From contig OZ024743.1 in NCBI GenBank assembly GCA_964016885.1, positions 219,604,001 to 219,668,000 on the forward strand: a stretch of 64,000 nt of DNA. The letters are read 5' to 3'. The DNA is from Eledone cirrhosa (Eukaryota). This document shows positions 13,954-25,991 of the stretch, in pieces. A program made the position numbers and the translations under genes. The stretch's first letter is position 1; every line of letters begins with the position of its first letter. The notes beneath the pieces were generated by a model. That model worked only from the letters and a program-made list of their open reading frames with translations, ran no database searches and was not told where the DNA came from.

Positions 13954-14178
13954 ATATAACTGCTCTGTAAAACAACTGATGTTATTACATTGAGCTATTT
14001 ATCTTACTGGTAATAGGATAGTAATTAATGACTATCTCTCACTATTTAGGGTTTGTGTATATATAATATATTACCATCAAAGGTTTTATTGCATACATAA
14101 CCATAAATAGTACCCTTAATACTATATATATATATATATATATGAAAGTACAGAAATTATTGTGAGCGTGATATATAT

Positions 14179-14267
<89 letters not shown>

Positions 14268-14376
14268 CAGATAATGAGAGAGAGAAAGATGAGGGTTATA
14301 CCCCCCCACTCTCAAGCGTGAACCTAATACCTAACACCTTTCGTAACTGTACTCCTTGTTGCTATTTACTTTTCCA

Positions 14377-14473
<97 letters not shown>

Positions 14474-14474
<1 letters not shown>

Positions 14475-14632
14475 CCCGAGTTCAATCGGGGGTAACCACA
14501 GTAAGTCAGGTACTCAATATATAGCAGAGTATAAACATTTAATATAGAAATGGGTTCTACAGGACTAGAATTGTTTCATTCGAAGGAATGATTTCCTTCG
14601 AATGAAACAGTTCTAGTCCCGTAGAAGCCATT

Positions 14633-14641
<9 letters not shown>
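14474..14641 (-). mobile_element. Short Penelope-like end with 48-bp-arm palindrome centred on a putative HHR stem II
   Basis: Arms 14541-14588 / 14593-14640 (3 mismatches); each reads ...CCTTCGAAT-GAAAA/C..-GTC outward from the centre; minus strand continues to TATTGAGTAC. Confidence 0.6.
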
Positions 14642-14704
<63 letters not shown>

Positions 14705-14992
14705 TAATAAAAACAATGAATAAAAACAAAGAAACAGTTCCTTATATTAAAAAATTCATCATTTTACGATCGTTTCTAGGATATATATGTGTGTGTTGGT
14801 ATGTATATCATATAAATCTATGTAAAAATTTTACAAACTATCAGAGGAAATATATATACCTACACATATTTATAATGTCTTCAGAAATAATTGTTTCTAC
14901 TTTAGGCACAAGGCCAGCAATTACCCAGTGCATTACTGGTACTTTATTTTATCGACCTCGTAAGGATGAAAGGCAAAGTCAACCTCTTCAGA

Positions 14993-15050
<58 letters not shown>

Positions 15051-15825
15051 CTAGTTGGGTTTCCGAGCTCTCTGTTCCAATCCTGTCAACCCTTTCCAGG
15101 GTCGATAAATAAAGTACTATACGAGGGGTTGTGGATTGGAGGAATTGTTAAAGAGTCGGGCGGGATGCTTTGCGGTATCTCATCAATAAGCCATGACGTT
15201 AGTAAATCCAAAGCAAACGTTTTCGGCGAAACACTCATATTAATAAATGAGTTTTAAAAATTAGTTTAAGGGGCCAACTTTGTCAATTGACCGCCGAGGC
15301 TTTGTTCAATTAACCTAAACATTGATGTGGAACCCCAGTTCAACCCAGATCAAGCAGATCTTTGATCAAAGGTATTCCAGCCGTGACAACCATGTTTAAT
15401 AAAGTGTACCCTTTTCTTATTTAAGATGGTGGGGGTGCATTTTGAGGGTGATTTGGTTGCGATTTCTAGCAAATCATGTAACTACGTAGGGGACTCTCTA
15501 GCAGGCCCAAACAACGCAGTAGTGTTTGTGTGTATTGCTGTGTGTATACGAATAGATGTCAGTGTATGTATGTGTATATGCGTTGTTGAGCCTGTGTGGA
15601 TAATATGTATAAAGTGTGTCTGTATGTATTGATGTGCATGTGTGAATAAGGGTGTGTGTGTGTGTGTAAGTGTGAATAAGAGGAGGCCTGTATGAATATT
15701 AATGGGTGTCTATATGAATAGAAGTGCACGTATATGTGTGTATGTATATATGTGTGTGTCCTTTGGCGCATGTATGAATAAGTCTGAGTTCCTATAAGTG
15801 TGTAATTGTGTGTATGTTGCTGTTA

Positions 15826-17370
15826 ATATGTGCTAGAAGTGAGTACCTACATGTGTGTATGTGTGTGTGAATGAGTGTGTATGTGTGTGTGCGAATGAGT
15901 GTGTATGTGTGTGTGTGAATGAGTGTGTATGTGTGTGTGTGAATGAGTGTGTATGTGTGTGTGTGAATGAGTGTGTATGTGTGTGTGCGAATGAGTGTGT
16001 ATGTGTGTGTGCGAATGAGTGTGTATGTGTGTGTGCGAATGAGTGTGCATGTGTGTGTGTGTGAATGAGTGTGTATGTGTGTGTGCGAATGAGTGTGTAT
16101 GTGTGTGTGTGAATGAGTGTGTATGTGTGTGTGTGTGAATGAGTGTGTATGTGTGTGTGTGAATGAGTGTGTATGTGTGTGTGCGAATGAGTGTGTATGT
16201 GTGTGTGCGAATGAGTGTGTATGTGTGTGTGCGAATGAGTGTGCATGTGTGTGTGTGTGAATGAGTGTGTATGTGTGTGTGCGAATGAGTGTGTATGTGT
16301 GTGTGTGAATGAGTGTGTATGTGTGTGTGCGAATGAGTGTGTATGTGTGTGTGCGAATGAGTGTGTATGTGTGTGTGCGAATGAGTGTGCATGTGTGTGT
16401 GTGTGAATGAGTGTGTATGTGTGTGTGCGAATGAGTGTGTATGTGTGTGTGTGAATGAGTGTGTATGTGTGTGTGCGAATGAGTGTGTATGTGTGTGTGC
16501 GAATTAGTGTGTATGTGTGTGTATGTATGTTGCTGTGAATATGTGCTAGAAGTGAGTACCTACATACATGTGTGTATGTGTGTGCGTGAATGAGTGTGTA
16601 TGTGTGTGTATGTATGTTGTTGTGAATATGTGCTAGTAGTGAGTGCTACATGTGTGTATGTGTGTGTGTGTGTGTGACTGAGTGTGTGTATGTGCGTGTG
16701 AATGAGTGTGTATGTGTGTGCATGCTGTGAATATGTGCTAGAAGTGAGTACCTACAAACATGTGTGTGTATGTGAATGTATGTATGTGAATGCCTGTGTG
16801 TGAATGCCTCTGTGTGAATGTATGTGTGTGAATGTATGTGTGTGAATGCCTGTGTGTGAATGCCTGTATGTGAATGCCTGTGTGTGAATGCCTGTGTGTG
16901 AATGTATGTGTGTGAATGCCTGTGTGTGAATGTATGTGTGTGAATGCTTGTGTGAATGCCTGTATGTGAATGTATGTATGTGAATGTATGTGTGTGAATG
17001 TATGTGTGTGAATGCCTGTGTGTGAATGTATGTGTGTGAATGCCTGTGTGTGAATGCCTGTGTGAATGCCTGTGTGTGAATGCCTGTGTGTGAATGTATG
17101 TTTGTGAATGCCCGTGTGTGAATGTATGTATGTGAATGCCTGTGTGTGAATGTATGTGTGTGAATGCCTGTGTGTGAATGTATGTGTGTGAATGCCCGTG
17201 TGTGAATGTATGTATGTGAATGCCTGTGTGTGAATGTATGTGTGAATGCCCGTGTGTGAATGCCTGTGTGAATGCCTGTGAGTGAATGCCTGTGTGTGAA
17301 TGTATGTGTGTGAATGCCCGTGTGTGAATGTATGTATGTGAATGCCCGTGTGTGAATGTCTGTGTGTGAA
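15826..17370. repeat. Compound minisatellite: 24-bp (GAATGAGTGTGTATGTGTGTGTG[C/T])n then 12-14-bp (GAATG[CC/TA]TGTGTGT)n
   Basis: Visible periodicity; spacer ATATGTGCTAGAAGTGAGTACCTAC recurs near 15826, 16539, 16626 and 16731. Confidence 0.92.
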
Positions 17371-17413
17371 TATATGTGTGGTATGTGGTGGTGTTGGCGG
17401 TAGAGTCGGGTGG

Positions 17414-17497
17414 TCAGGTAAAGGCTGTCTCAGTCTTCTGATGGTCAGTCTCAGCCAAGAAAAGGCGTGTTTCTTCACTCCAGCAATGAAGACATGC
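17414..17497 (-). other. Candidate exon (possibly terminal coding: ACLHCWSEETRLFLAETDHQKTETAFT*)
   Basis: Strong acceptor TTTTTCTAAATCATTCAG ahead of a unique island; no homology recognised. Confidence 0.25.
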
Positions 17498-17739
17498 CTG
17501 AATGATTTAGAAAAAGATTTAAAAAAAACAACTATCTTTGCTTTCTCATTCCCGGTAGTGATGGTCTGATCTGTATTGCATTATTGTTGTCATCAACCTT
17601 AATGTTGTTGTTGTCGTCGTCAGCATTGTAGTAGTAGTAGTAGTAGTAGTAGTAATAGTAGTAGTAGTTGTTGCTCTTCGTTTTCTTTTTCTTGTTGTTG
17701 TTGTCGTCTTCGTTGTAGTCGTCGTTGTTGTTGTTGTCA

Positions 17740-17786
<47 letters not shown>

Positions 17787-18119
17787 CTTCTTCTTCTTCT
17801 TCTTCTTCTTCTTCTTCTTCTTCTTCTTCTTCTTCTTCTGTATGTATATTATATGTATATGTGTGTCCGTGTGTGTGTTATGTATATGTGCGTGTGTGTG
17901 TGTGTGTGTATTATGTATACGTGTGCGTGTGTATTATATATATGTGTGTGTGTGTGGGTATTATATATATGTGTGTGTGTGTATTATGTATATATGTGTG
18001 TGTGTGTGTTTGTCCCCAACGTCGTGTGCCCTTTTGGCCAATAAAAATCCCACTAAACATATTATTATTATTATTATTTGGTTTTCGTGTTGCTGGTCCA
18101 TCTGGTATCTTTTTTGAGG

Positions 18120-18632
18120 TGGAATGGGGTGTGGTATAGTGGGGTGGTGTGTGGTGTGGTGGAGTGAAGTGGTGTGGGGTGGAGTGTGGTGTGGTGGGGT
18201 GTAGTATAGTGGTGTGGTGTGGTGGGGGTGTAGTATAGTGGGGTGGTGTGTGGTATGGTGGAGTGTAGTGGTGTGGGGTGGAGTGTGGTGTGGTGGGGTG
18301 TGGTATAGTGGGGTGGTGTGGTGGTGTGGTGTCGTGTGGTGTGTGGTGGAGTGTGGTGTCGTGTGGTGTGGTGTGGTATGGTGTGGTGTGGTGTGGTATG
18401 GTGGAGTGTGGTGTGGTGTGGTGGAGTGTGGTATGGTATAGTGGGGTAGTGTGTGGTGTGGTATGGTGGAGTGTGGTGTGGTGGAGTGTCGTGGGATGGG
18501 GTGGAGTGTGTATGGTGTGGTGGAGTGGAGTGTAGTGTGGTGGGGTGTGGTGTGGTGTGCTGGGGTGTGATGTGGTGTGGTGGAGTATGGTGTGGTGTGG
18601 TGGAGTGGAGTGTGGTATGGTGTGGTGGGGTG
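18120..18632. repeat. Degenerate (GGTGT)n pentanucleotide tract
   Basis: GGTGT/GGAGT/GGTAT units. Confidence 0.88.
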
Positions 18633-19189
18633 GACAAGGAGAGAAAAATAACGAATAACAACATCGATAACAACACCGCAAAGAACTTCCCAACAAACAA
18701 ACGGTAAAGACACTAACTGCGATCATAGGAACACCTGGCCACAGTTCTCTATCTCCCCCTTTCTCTCTGTCTCTCTCTCTCACTCTCTATTTCTCACTCA
18801 CTCACTCTTTCTCTCTCTATGTATGTATATATATATATATATATCGCTTTCTCGCTTTCTCTCTCTCACTCTCTCTCTCTCACTTTCTCTCTCTCTTTGT
18901 CGCTTTCTCTCTCACAGTCATACACACACGCACACACATACATACACGCACACACTCTCTCTCTCTCTCTGCCCCCTACCCCCCCCCCCCTCTCTCCAGT
19001 GGAGTGGAGTAGGTCATTTGGAACACGGACAGAAGAGCCGCTAAGTGAAGCAAGAAAGAAAGGCAAGGCTGAAGAAAGGAAGGAAAGAAAGAAAAGAAGA
19101 AAGGAAGGCATGAGAACAAACTACAACAAAGGTGAAGAGGATTAAGGACAGATGGCAAAATGGCGGCAGAGGAGGAGGTCACCTCACAC

Positions 19190-19219
19190 ATATATATATA
19201 TATACATATTTTATATATA

Positions 19220-19286
<67 letters not shown>

Positions 19287-19920
19287 ATTGCGTATGTTTG
19301 TGTGTTTATATATATGGATACATGTATGTGTGTATGTATGTATGTATGTATGTATATGTGTGTGTATGTATGTATGTATGTGTGTATGTATGTGTATGTA
19401 TGTATGTATGTATGTGTGTGTGTATGTGTGTGTGTGTGCATGTATGTATGTATGTATGTATGTGTGTATGTATGTATGTGTGTATGTATGTATGTGTGTA
19501 TGTATGTATGTGTGTATGTATGTATGTATGTATGTATGTATGTATGTATGTATGTATGTGTGTATGTATGTATGTGTGTATGTATGTGTGTATGTATGTA
19601 TGTGTGTATGTATGTGTGTATGTATGTATGTATGTATGTATGTGTGTGTGTGTGTATGTGTGTGTGTGCATGTATGTATGTATGTATGTATGTGTGTATG
19701 TATGTATGTGTGTATGTATGTATGTGTGTATGTATGTATGTGTGTATGTATGTATGTGTGTATGTATGTATGTGTGTATGTATGTATGTATGTGTGTGTG
19801 TATGTATGTATGTGTGTATGTATGTGTGTATGTATGTATGTATGTATGTGTGTATGTATGTGTGTATGTATGTATGTATGTATGTGTGTATGTATGTGTG
19901 TATGTATGTGTGTGTGCATG
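19190..19920. repeat. (TA)n/(TG)n/(TATG)n compound microsatellite
   Basis: Direct inspection. Confidence 0.95.
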
Positions 19921-20387
19921 CATGGTCATTTGAGCAGCAACAATAAAACTTAGATAGCATAAGCATTATCACAATCTTCCCCTTCCCCTTCACCATCGTC
20001 ATCATCATCATCACCACTATCATCATCATCACCACCACCACCACCACCTCCACCCTCATCATCATCAGGATCATGATCATCATCATCATCATCAGCACCA
20101 CTATCATCATCATCACCACTATCATCATCATCATCATCGCTGTCGTTGTAAACGCCATTATTAAACCAACCAGGGAGCCTCAAAGTAGCAGCTCGACATG
20201 CTAGCAATAGCAGCAAAATGTCATACCCCCCCCACGCCCTTTAAAATGAAGATGATAAGTTATGTAATTCATTTCTAGATATCCTTAATCAAAGTTAATC
20301 AGGAGCTAATGAAGGGCAAGATCAATGTACATACCTTTGTGCTCACTGTTATTCCCATCATTGTTTTCATTATCCTTCTACTTTTTA

Positions 20388-20423
20388 TCCTCCTCCTCCT
20401 CCTCCTCCTCCTCCTCCTCCTCC

Positions 20424-20522
<99 letters not shown>

Positions 20523-20535
20523 GCAGCATCAGCAT

Positions 20536-20580
<45 letters not shown>
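20388..20580. repeat. Compound trinucleotide (CCT)n(CAT)n(CAG)n
   Basis: Direct inspection. Confidence 0.95.
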
Positions 20581-20584
<4 letters not shown>

Positions 20585-20773
20585 GCCGGATTTAGGACTA
20601 ATGAGGCCCTGTGCTAGTTAAGTTATGAGGCCTTTTGAATGTTTGACATTTGAAAAACATTTGAAAAATTCATCGTAAATTTTTTTTGGCAGGAAGATGC
20701 CCCACCCCACCGCCTAGGCTAACGGGGCCTTGCGCTTCAGCACACCTAAGCACAATGGTAAAATCCGGCGCTG
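20581..20773. mobile_element. hAT-like MITE
   Basis: Termini TAGTGCCGGATTTA ... AAAATCCGGCGCTG are imperfect inverted repeats of the CAGnGCCGGATT type; no clear TSD. Confidence 0.55.
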
Positions 20774-20898
20774 CTCCTCCTCATCATTATTCTCATCTTC
20801 ATTCTGATTAACAATAATGGTTTCTTATATAGGCACAAGGCCAGCAATTTTGGGGGAGGGGAAAGTGGATTAGATCGACCCGAGTGCGTGGCTGGTAC

Positions 20899-21112
20899 CA
20901 CCATAGGCGCTGAGCTGGCCAGCCGCAGGTGTGAGCCCCGCAAGTGGCTTCTCCAGCGCGTCTCCCTTGCCGTCCTCCGGGGAATCGCCTTCTTCATTCT
21001 GTCCGCCGGGGCTGTGGGGGGGGGGGGGGGGGAATCACGTATCTTTCCACTGAATCAAGTTTTTAAAATTTACTGACTACAAACAAGACTATTCACTCCA
21101 GAGAGAGAGAGA
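20899..21112 (+). mobile_element. 3' fragment of a CRE-like RLE retrotransposon inserted into a family-1 SINE
   Basis: GC-rich segment translating IGAELASRRCEPRKWLLQRVSLAVLRGIAFFIL, resembling the CRE-clade C-terminal QRxSxAxxRGNA motif; splits the SINE motif CTGGTAC|ATTTTATCGACC. Confidence 0.6.
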
Positions 21113-21243
21113 ATTTTATCGACCACGTAAGGATGAAAGGCAAAGTTAACCTCGGTACTGATTAACAATAATAAAAACAAAAATAATTCTAACAAATAAA
21201 CATTGTTGTCTCGAAAATCGAGACGAAGCGCAAGTGTATTTGA

Positions 21244-21542
21244 AATTCATAGAAACAATTTGAAAACTCAACACAAGAATTTGTATAATTAAGAACTCAA
21301 ATTTATTTCTATCTATCACTTCTACGTGCCAATACACTTCTACTTCTCCTCTCTGAATCTATTCTATATTTCATGTTTCTATCACCCACCTCACAACTTT
21401 ACTTTTCTCTTTACTGACCACTGGCCACTGATTTCTGATCTTTGAGGTATTTTTAGCTGACCTACATGCTGTTGTCATTGACAACATTTGGCTGTTTTAA
21501 CAGTTATTCTTGTGTTGAGTTTTCAAATTATTTCTATGAATT
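21244..21542. mobile_element. About 300-bp element with 37-bp terminal inverted repeats
   Basis: AATTCATAGAAACAATTTGAAAACTCAACACAAGAAT (21244-21280) vs reverse complement 21506-21542, one mismatch. Confidence 0.7.
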
Positions 21543-21573
21543 AAAAATAATTCTATATAACTCTAGTAATGGT

Positions 21574-22437
21574 TAGGATTGGATTGAAAGCTAGGGGAGC
21601 CCGGAGCACTTCAATTTTTTTTTGGGGGGGGGGGGGAGGGCTTCATACACAAAATAATAGAATACACATCAAACCCCTCAATTTTACATATCAAAGTTAG
21701 CTTGGCGCAAGTAATTTAAATCGAAAAATTATACATACAGGTATTAAATTCAAAAATTCTAACCATCCTAAAACTAAAAAGCCCAGCTGAGGGCACAAAT
21801 AAATTGCTACGGCCGTCGCTGTTGGGGCCGCTCACTGAAGGGCGTCTAGGGCAATTGCCCCCTTTGCCCTTGAGCAGTAGATGATTGATGGTCGTTAGTT
21901 GCCAGTGTGGTAAGTGATAGTATCCTCGTTGGATTATCTTGTTGACATAGACGTGAGGGAAGGTCCCTCGATCTATTTACCATCTATTTACAATATTCCT
22001 TTCGTCAGGTCGCCAATTCCAGCAGCATGGATTATAGATTTCATTGAGACACGAGTAACATAATAATGATTTCAACAGCAGAAATTACAGATGAAATGTA
22101 TGTTTATTTTTGATGTAGCACAAACAATGTTTGTTAACTTATATGGTTGAAGTTACAGATAAAAAGAGGTTACAAAAGGGAATGTGCCATCGCGCCGTTA
22201 AGCCGGCGAGGCTAGGGTGCAATATCTCACCGTTACCTTATGCGTGTTGCTGGCTTGAAGTTTCCGGTACAAGAGGAAGATTCTTCAAATCTTCGCGGGG
22301 AATTTCTTTCCCAGGGCGCGTAGGGATACATCCTCTTCTACTGGCGCTGATTGGCTGAACTGAGCCAAATCACGCACAGAGAATGTATGTGAGCCCGCGG
22401 AATATAGGTCACTACAGCCCCACTAAATCCAGCCCTG
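21574..22437. mobile_element. Possible degenerate hAT-like non-autonomous element
   Basis: Right end TAAATCCAGCCCTG; left end TAGGATTGGATTGA weakly mirrors it; flanks GTAATGGT / ACAATGGA match 5 of 8. Confidence 0.3.
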
Positions 22438-22725
22438 ACAATGGATTCATCACAAGGGTCTAAGATGTTGAGGACAAAGGGAAGGGGACATCAACGAGAG
22501 AAAGTGGGGTTTACATTGAGTAAAAAAAGGTAAGGGGATAAAAACAAAAGAAATTATTACGGTTTGTTCAAATGAAGGGAAAGTGATATCAACAACAGAA
22601 AGTAGGGTTTATATTGAGTAAAGGGAAGGGGACATCAACAAAAGGGGAAACAATAGTTATATCAATAATTGCAAGAAATCATAATGATAACAATAGAGAC
22701 TAATAACAAAAGTCAATTAGGAGAT

Positions 22726-22972
22726 TTAACCCCATAGGAGGGGACGACACTTCGGGGGATAATTCCAGGGAAAACCCTTCCACAAAACCTCGGATTACTC
22801 TGGTGCATCAAGTTACCCCATAGGAGGGAGGCGACTCTTCGGGGATAATTCTAGGGAAAACCCCGGATTACTCTGGTGCATCAAGTTACCCCATAGGAGG
22901 AGGACGACTCACCAGGAGTAATTCCAGGGAAAACTCTACACAAAATCCCGGATTACTCTGGTGTATCAAAGG
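22726..22972. repeat. Three tandem 73-87-bp units
   Basis: CCCATAGGAGG...TAATTC.AGGGAAAAC...CGGATTACTCTGGTG.ATCAA repeated three times. Confidence 0.9.
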
Positions 22973-23170
22973 TGTTATTAGTGTTCTCTCCTGGTTGCTT
23001 TGCTCCTGCTTAGAAAAACAGTCAGAACAGTGTCGGATTTACCTAGTAGTCAGGGTAGCTTTTTCAGGGGCCATGTGCTAAGTGCTCTTTACTATAGTTC
23101 CATGCTAGCTTTAACCTTTATGTCATATTTAAAAGAAAATTGGGCTTCTTTATAGTATATACTACAGGTC

Positions 23171-23410
23171 TTATACTACCCTAATCCAACACTGTGTCAA
23201 AACATGTCCATTCAGTCTCGTTAATCTCCCTGCTCTCACCCATCTGTCATAAAACGCACCAGAAGGCAGTATCTCCCTCTCTATCCTCACCTTCCTCTTC
23301 AAGAGATACTTGAAGAAGTTGATGAGGACTTTATTGGTGAAGAACTCTAATAATCTATGTTCCACAGTAAAGCTTACTCTATATTTGCTGAAGGGGTTCA
23401 ATATGGCCAA
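23171..23410 (-). pseudogene. Probable C-terminal fragment of an L1/Tx1-like ORF2
   Basis: LINFFKYLLKRKVRIEREIL...FYDRW resembles the terminal R-x-E...F-xx-W helix of Tx1-like ORF2; no catalytic motif retained. Confidence 0.45.
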
Positions 23411-23562
23411 AACATGTTCTCTGGAGATGTCACCATACTGCTAAAAATCAAATTCCTCTCTTCTCACTGCATCCCGTAATTAATCAATTAATTTTGATTA
23501 ATAAATATATCTTCTTAGCTTATTTCCAGAAATATTCTAACACCAAATATTTGAATAGAAAT

Positions 23563-23594
<32 letters not shown>

Positions 23595-23680
23595 TGTATG
23601 TATGTATGTATGTATGTATGTATGTAGGTATGTATGTATGTATGTATGTATGTATGTATGTATGTATGTATGTATGTATG

Positions 23681-24282
23681 TCAGGTCACCAGTTGGTGCT
23701 ACTGGTAACATGTATCCCAGTACAACCTGTCTCATGGTCGGGTCGTTGGCTACTAAACTGGCAACCCCACCAAGATTTCTTGGTGAGGAGGGTGACTTTG
23801 GACATCCTGCAGGACTAAAAACAAAACCTGTCAAAGGGCAAAGGAGCTCTTAAGAGTCAATGGCCATCTAAAATCACCGGGAGAGATGACCCCTTAGCCT
23901 TTGTCAAGGCAGAATTCTAGAAGGAAAACTCTGATATAACACCTGCAACCCTGATGGTATCCAATGATGTTGACTTGTTCTTTTTGGTAAATATCATCTT
24001 GGTTAAGAGAGTGGGACTGGCTTTGTGCAGTGCCTTTGCTCACTATAAAAGCTTCACGGCACAGGCATTGCTTTATATCTGGAGATCTCTATGCACTTGT
24101 CGTCACATGGTACCATGGGCCCAGCACTATGTATCAATAATTGTCACAAGTGTAGTGTTTGTACCAGAGTTTTCAAGTCGCTGGCTGGACTAAAAAGTCA
24201 CACTCGTTCAGCGCATCGGTAGGGGTTCTCCTACATGGATATAAACTAGTGGCCGTACTCGAAAACGAGTTGGCAGCCACCA
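23681..24282 (+). mobile_element. About 600-bp non-autonomous retroelement (RTE-related), copy 2
   Basis: Homologous to 985-1575; (TATG)n on both sides. Confidence 0.75.
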
Positions 24283-24349
24283 TGTATGTATGTATGTATG
24301 TATGTATGTATGTATGTATGTATGTATGTATGTATGTATGTATGTATGA

Positions 24350-24660
24350 TTGCACCGCGCGGTTAAACCACTGAGAGTGAAGGACCCATAGTCTTTGTCA
24401 GGGCATTCTCCTAGGAGAAGGCAACTCAGGAAACTGGGATAACTCCGATATAAAACCTGCGTTACCGATGATGTTGATCTTTTCTTCTTTTCAGATTATA
24501 GCTACTGTCGCTCAGAGAGTGGGATTGGCTCTGTGCACAGTCTTTCTTCACTTTAAAAAATATCTTCACGCACAGGCATTGCACGATAGAATTAATTAAT
24601 AATTCTTAATAATGGTATAGCGTGCAATGGCCATATTCGATAACGAAGGGGTAGCCATCA
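24350..24660 (+). mobile_element. Diverged relative of the 600-bp element
   Basis: Shares CTAGGAGAAGG, GATGTTGA.CT, GAGAGTGGGA.TGGCT.TGTGCA, GCACAGGCATTGC and a covarying terminal stem-loop (ATGGCCATATTCGATAACGAAGGGGTAGCCAT); flanked by (TATG)n. Confidence 0.65.
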
Positions 24661-24937
24661 TGTATGTATGTATGTATGTATGTATGTATGTATGTATGTA
24701 TGTATGTATGTATGTATGTATGTATGTATGTATGTATGTATGTATGTATGTATGTGTGTATGTATGTGTGTATGTGTGAATATAAGTGCACACACATATA
24801 CACAAACACACACACTCATATAGTCACATATGCACAAATAAATACACATAATTGGGGGTGTGCAATGTCCCATTTACTCATTACAGTCTGTTTTTTTCTT
24901 ATTCCCGTTATACACACACACACACACACACACATAT

Positions 24938-25005
<68 letters not shown>

Positions 25006-25067
25006 GTATGTATGCATGCATGTGTGTGTATATATATATATATACACACACATGCATACATACATAC

Positions 25068-25119
<52 letters not shown>

Positions 25120-25339
25120 AATTAAGTTAAGAATGTACATCCACATATGTATACTGAAATACTAGTATGCATATAAATACACACACGTGTACATATGTAG
25201 ATGTACCGAGTTTTTCACTGGACACTTTACTGTGAGTGTCCAGCTATTCTGTATGTAAACACACAGACAAACCGGTTTTTAGAGCCATACTGGTTTTCGA
25301 GGAAACACCTTTCCTCTATTCTCCAGAAAGCCAGACAGG

Positions 25340-25384
25340 AATATTGGACTAGTTTCGATGTTGTTACATCTCATCAGCAATATT
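25340..25384 (-). ncRNA. Canonical minimal type I hammerhead ribozyme
   Basis: AAUAUUG-CUGAUGA-GAUGU-aaca-ACAUC-GAAAC-UA-GUC-CAAUAUU: perfect core, 7-bp stem I, 5-bp stem II with G10.1-C11.1, palindromic stem III ACUAGU, GUC site. Confidence 0.88.
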
Positions 25385-25804
25385 TACCTATCTTCCGGCC
25401 TTTCTAGAGAATCGTAAAAGCACATATCGTTATATGCTTTTTCTATGAAAATTAGTAGTGGGCAGACTAACTTGCAAAGAGCGTGAGTACGTACCGGTTC
25501 AGCGGAGACGATAAAAACAAATAACGAAACGAAATTAAATTTCGTTTCGTTTGTAACTCACTTTTGTATGACTGACGCTTAAACAATTAAGTTAAGAATG
25601 TACATCCACATATGTATACTGAAATACTAGTATGCATATGAATACACACACGTGTACATATGTAGATGTACCGAGTTTTTCACTGGACACTTTACTGTGA
25701 GTGTCCAGCTATTCTGTATGTAAACACACAGACAAACCGGTTTTTAGAGTCATACTGGTTTTCGAGGAAACACCTTTCCTCTATTCTCCAGAAAGCCAGA
25801 CAGG

Positions 25805-25849
25805 AATATTGGACTAGTTTCGATGTTGTTACATCTCATCAGCAATATT
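25805..25849 (-). ncRNA. Canonical minimal type I hammerhead ribozyme, second tandem copy
   Basis: Identical to 25340-25384, offset 465 bp. Confidence 0.88.
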
Positions 25850-25991
25850 TACCTATCTTCCGGCCTTTCTAGAGAATCGTAAAAGCACATATCGTTATAT
25901 GCTTTTTCTATGAAAATTAGTAGTGGGCAGACTAACTTACATAGAGCGTGAGTTACAAACGAAACGAAATTTAATTTCGTTTCGTTATTTG

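Larger units (their letters stand above)
10431..14120 (-). mobile_element. Penelope-like retroelement (C-terminal GIY-YIG type), 5'-truncated with inverted pseudo-LTR
   Basis: RT and GIY-YIG coding segments on the minus strand; 393-bp inverted repeat 10431-10823 / 13561-13953; HHR-like motif in each arm; both ends abut TA/GA microsatellites. Confidence 0.92.

Noticed and set aside
19157-19190. AAAATGGCGGCAGAGGAG as a gene start
   Set aside because: Good Kozak or YY1-like look, but it runs into microsatellite after about 10 codons without a strong donor site.
23685-23765. HDV-like ribozyme at the start of the 600-bp element
   Set aside because: Hairpins exist (ACC/GGT, GTCG/CGAC) but I could not build the nested double pseudoknot by eye; left for a descriptor search.
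25201-25872. Duplicated 68-aa plus-strand ORFs
   Set aside because: They only reflect the 465-bp duplication, are antisense to the ribozyme and have no recognisable domain.
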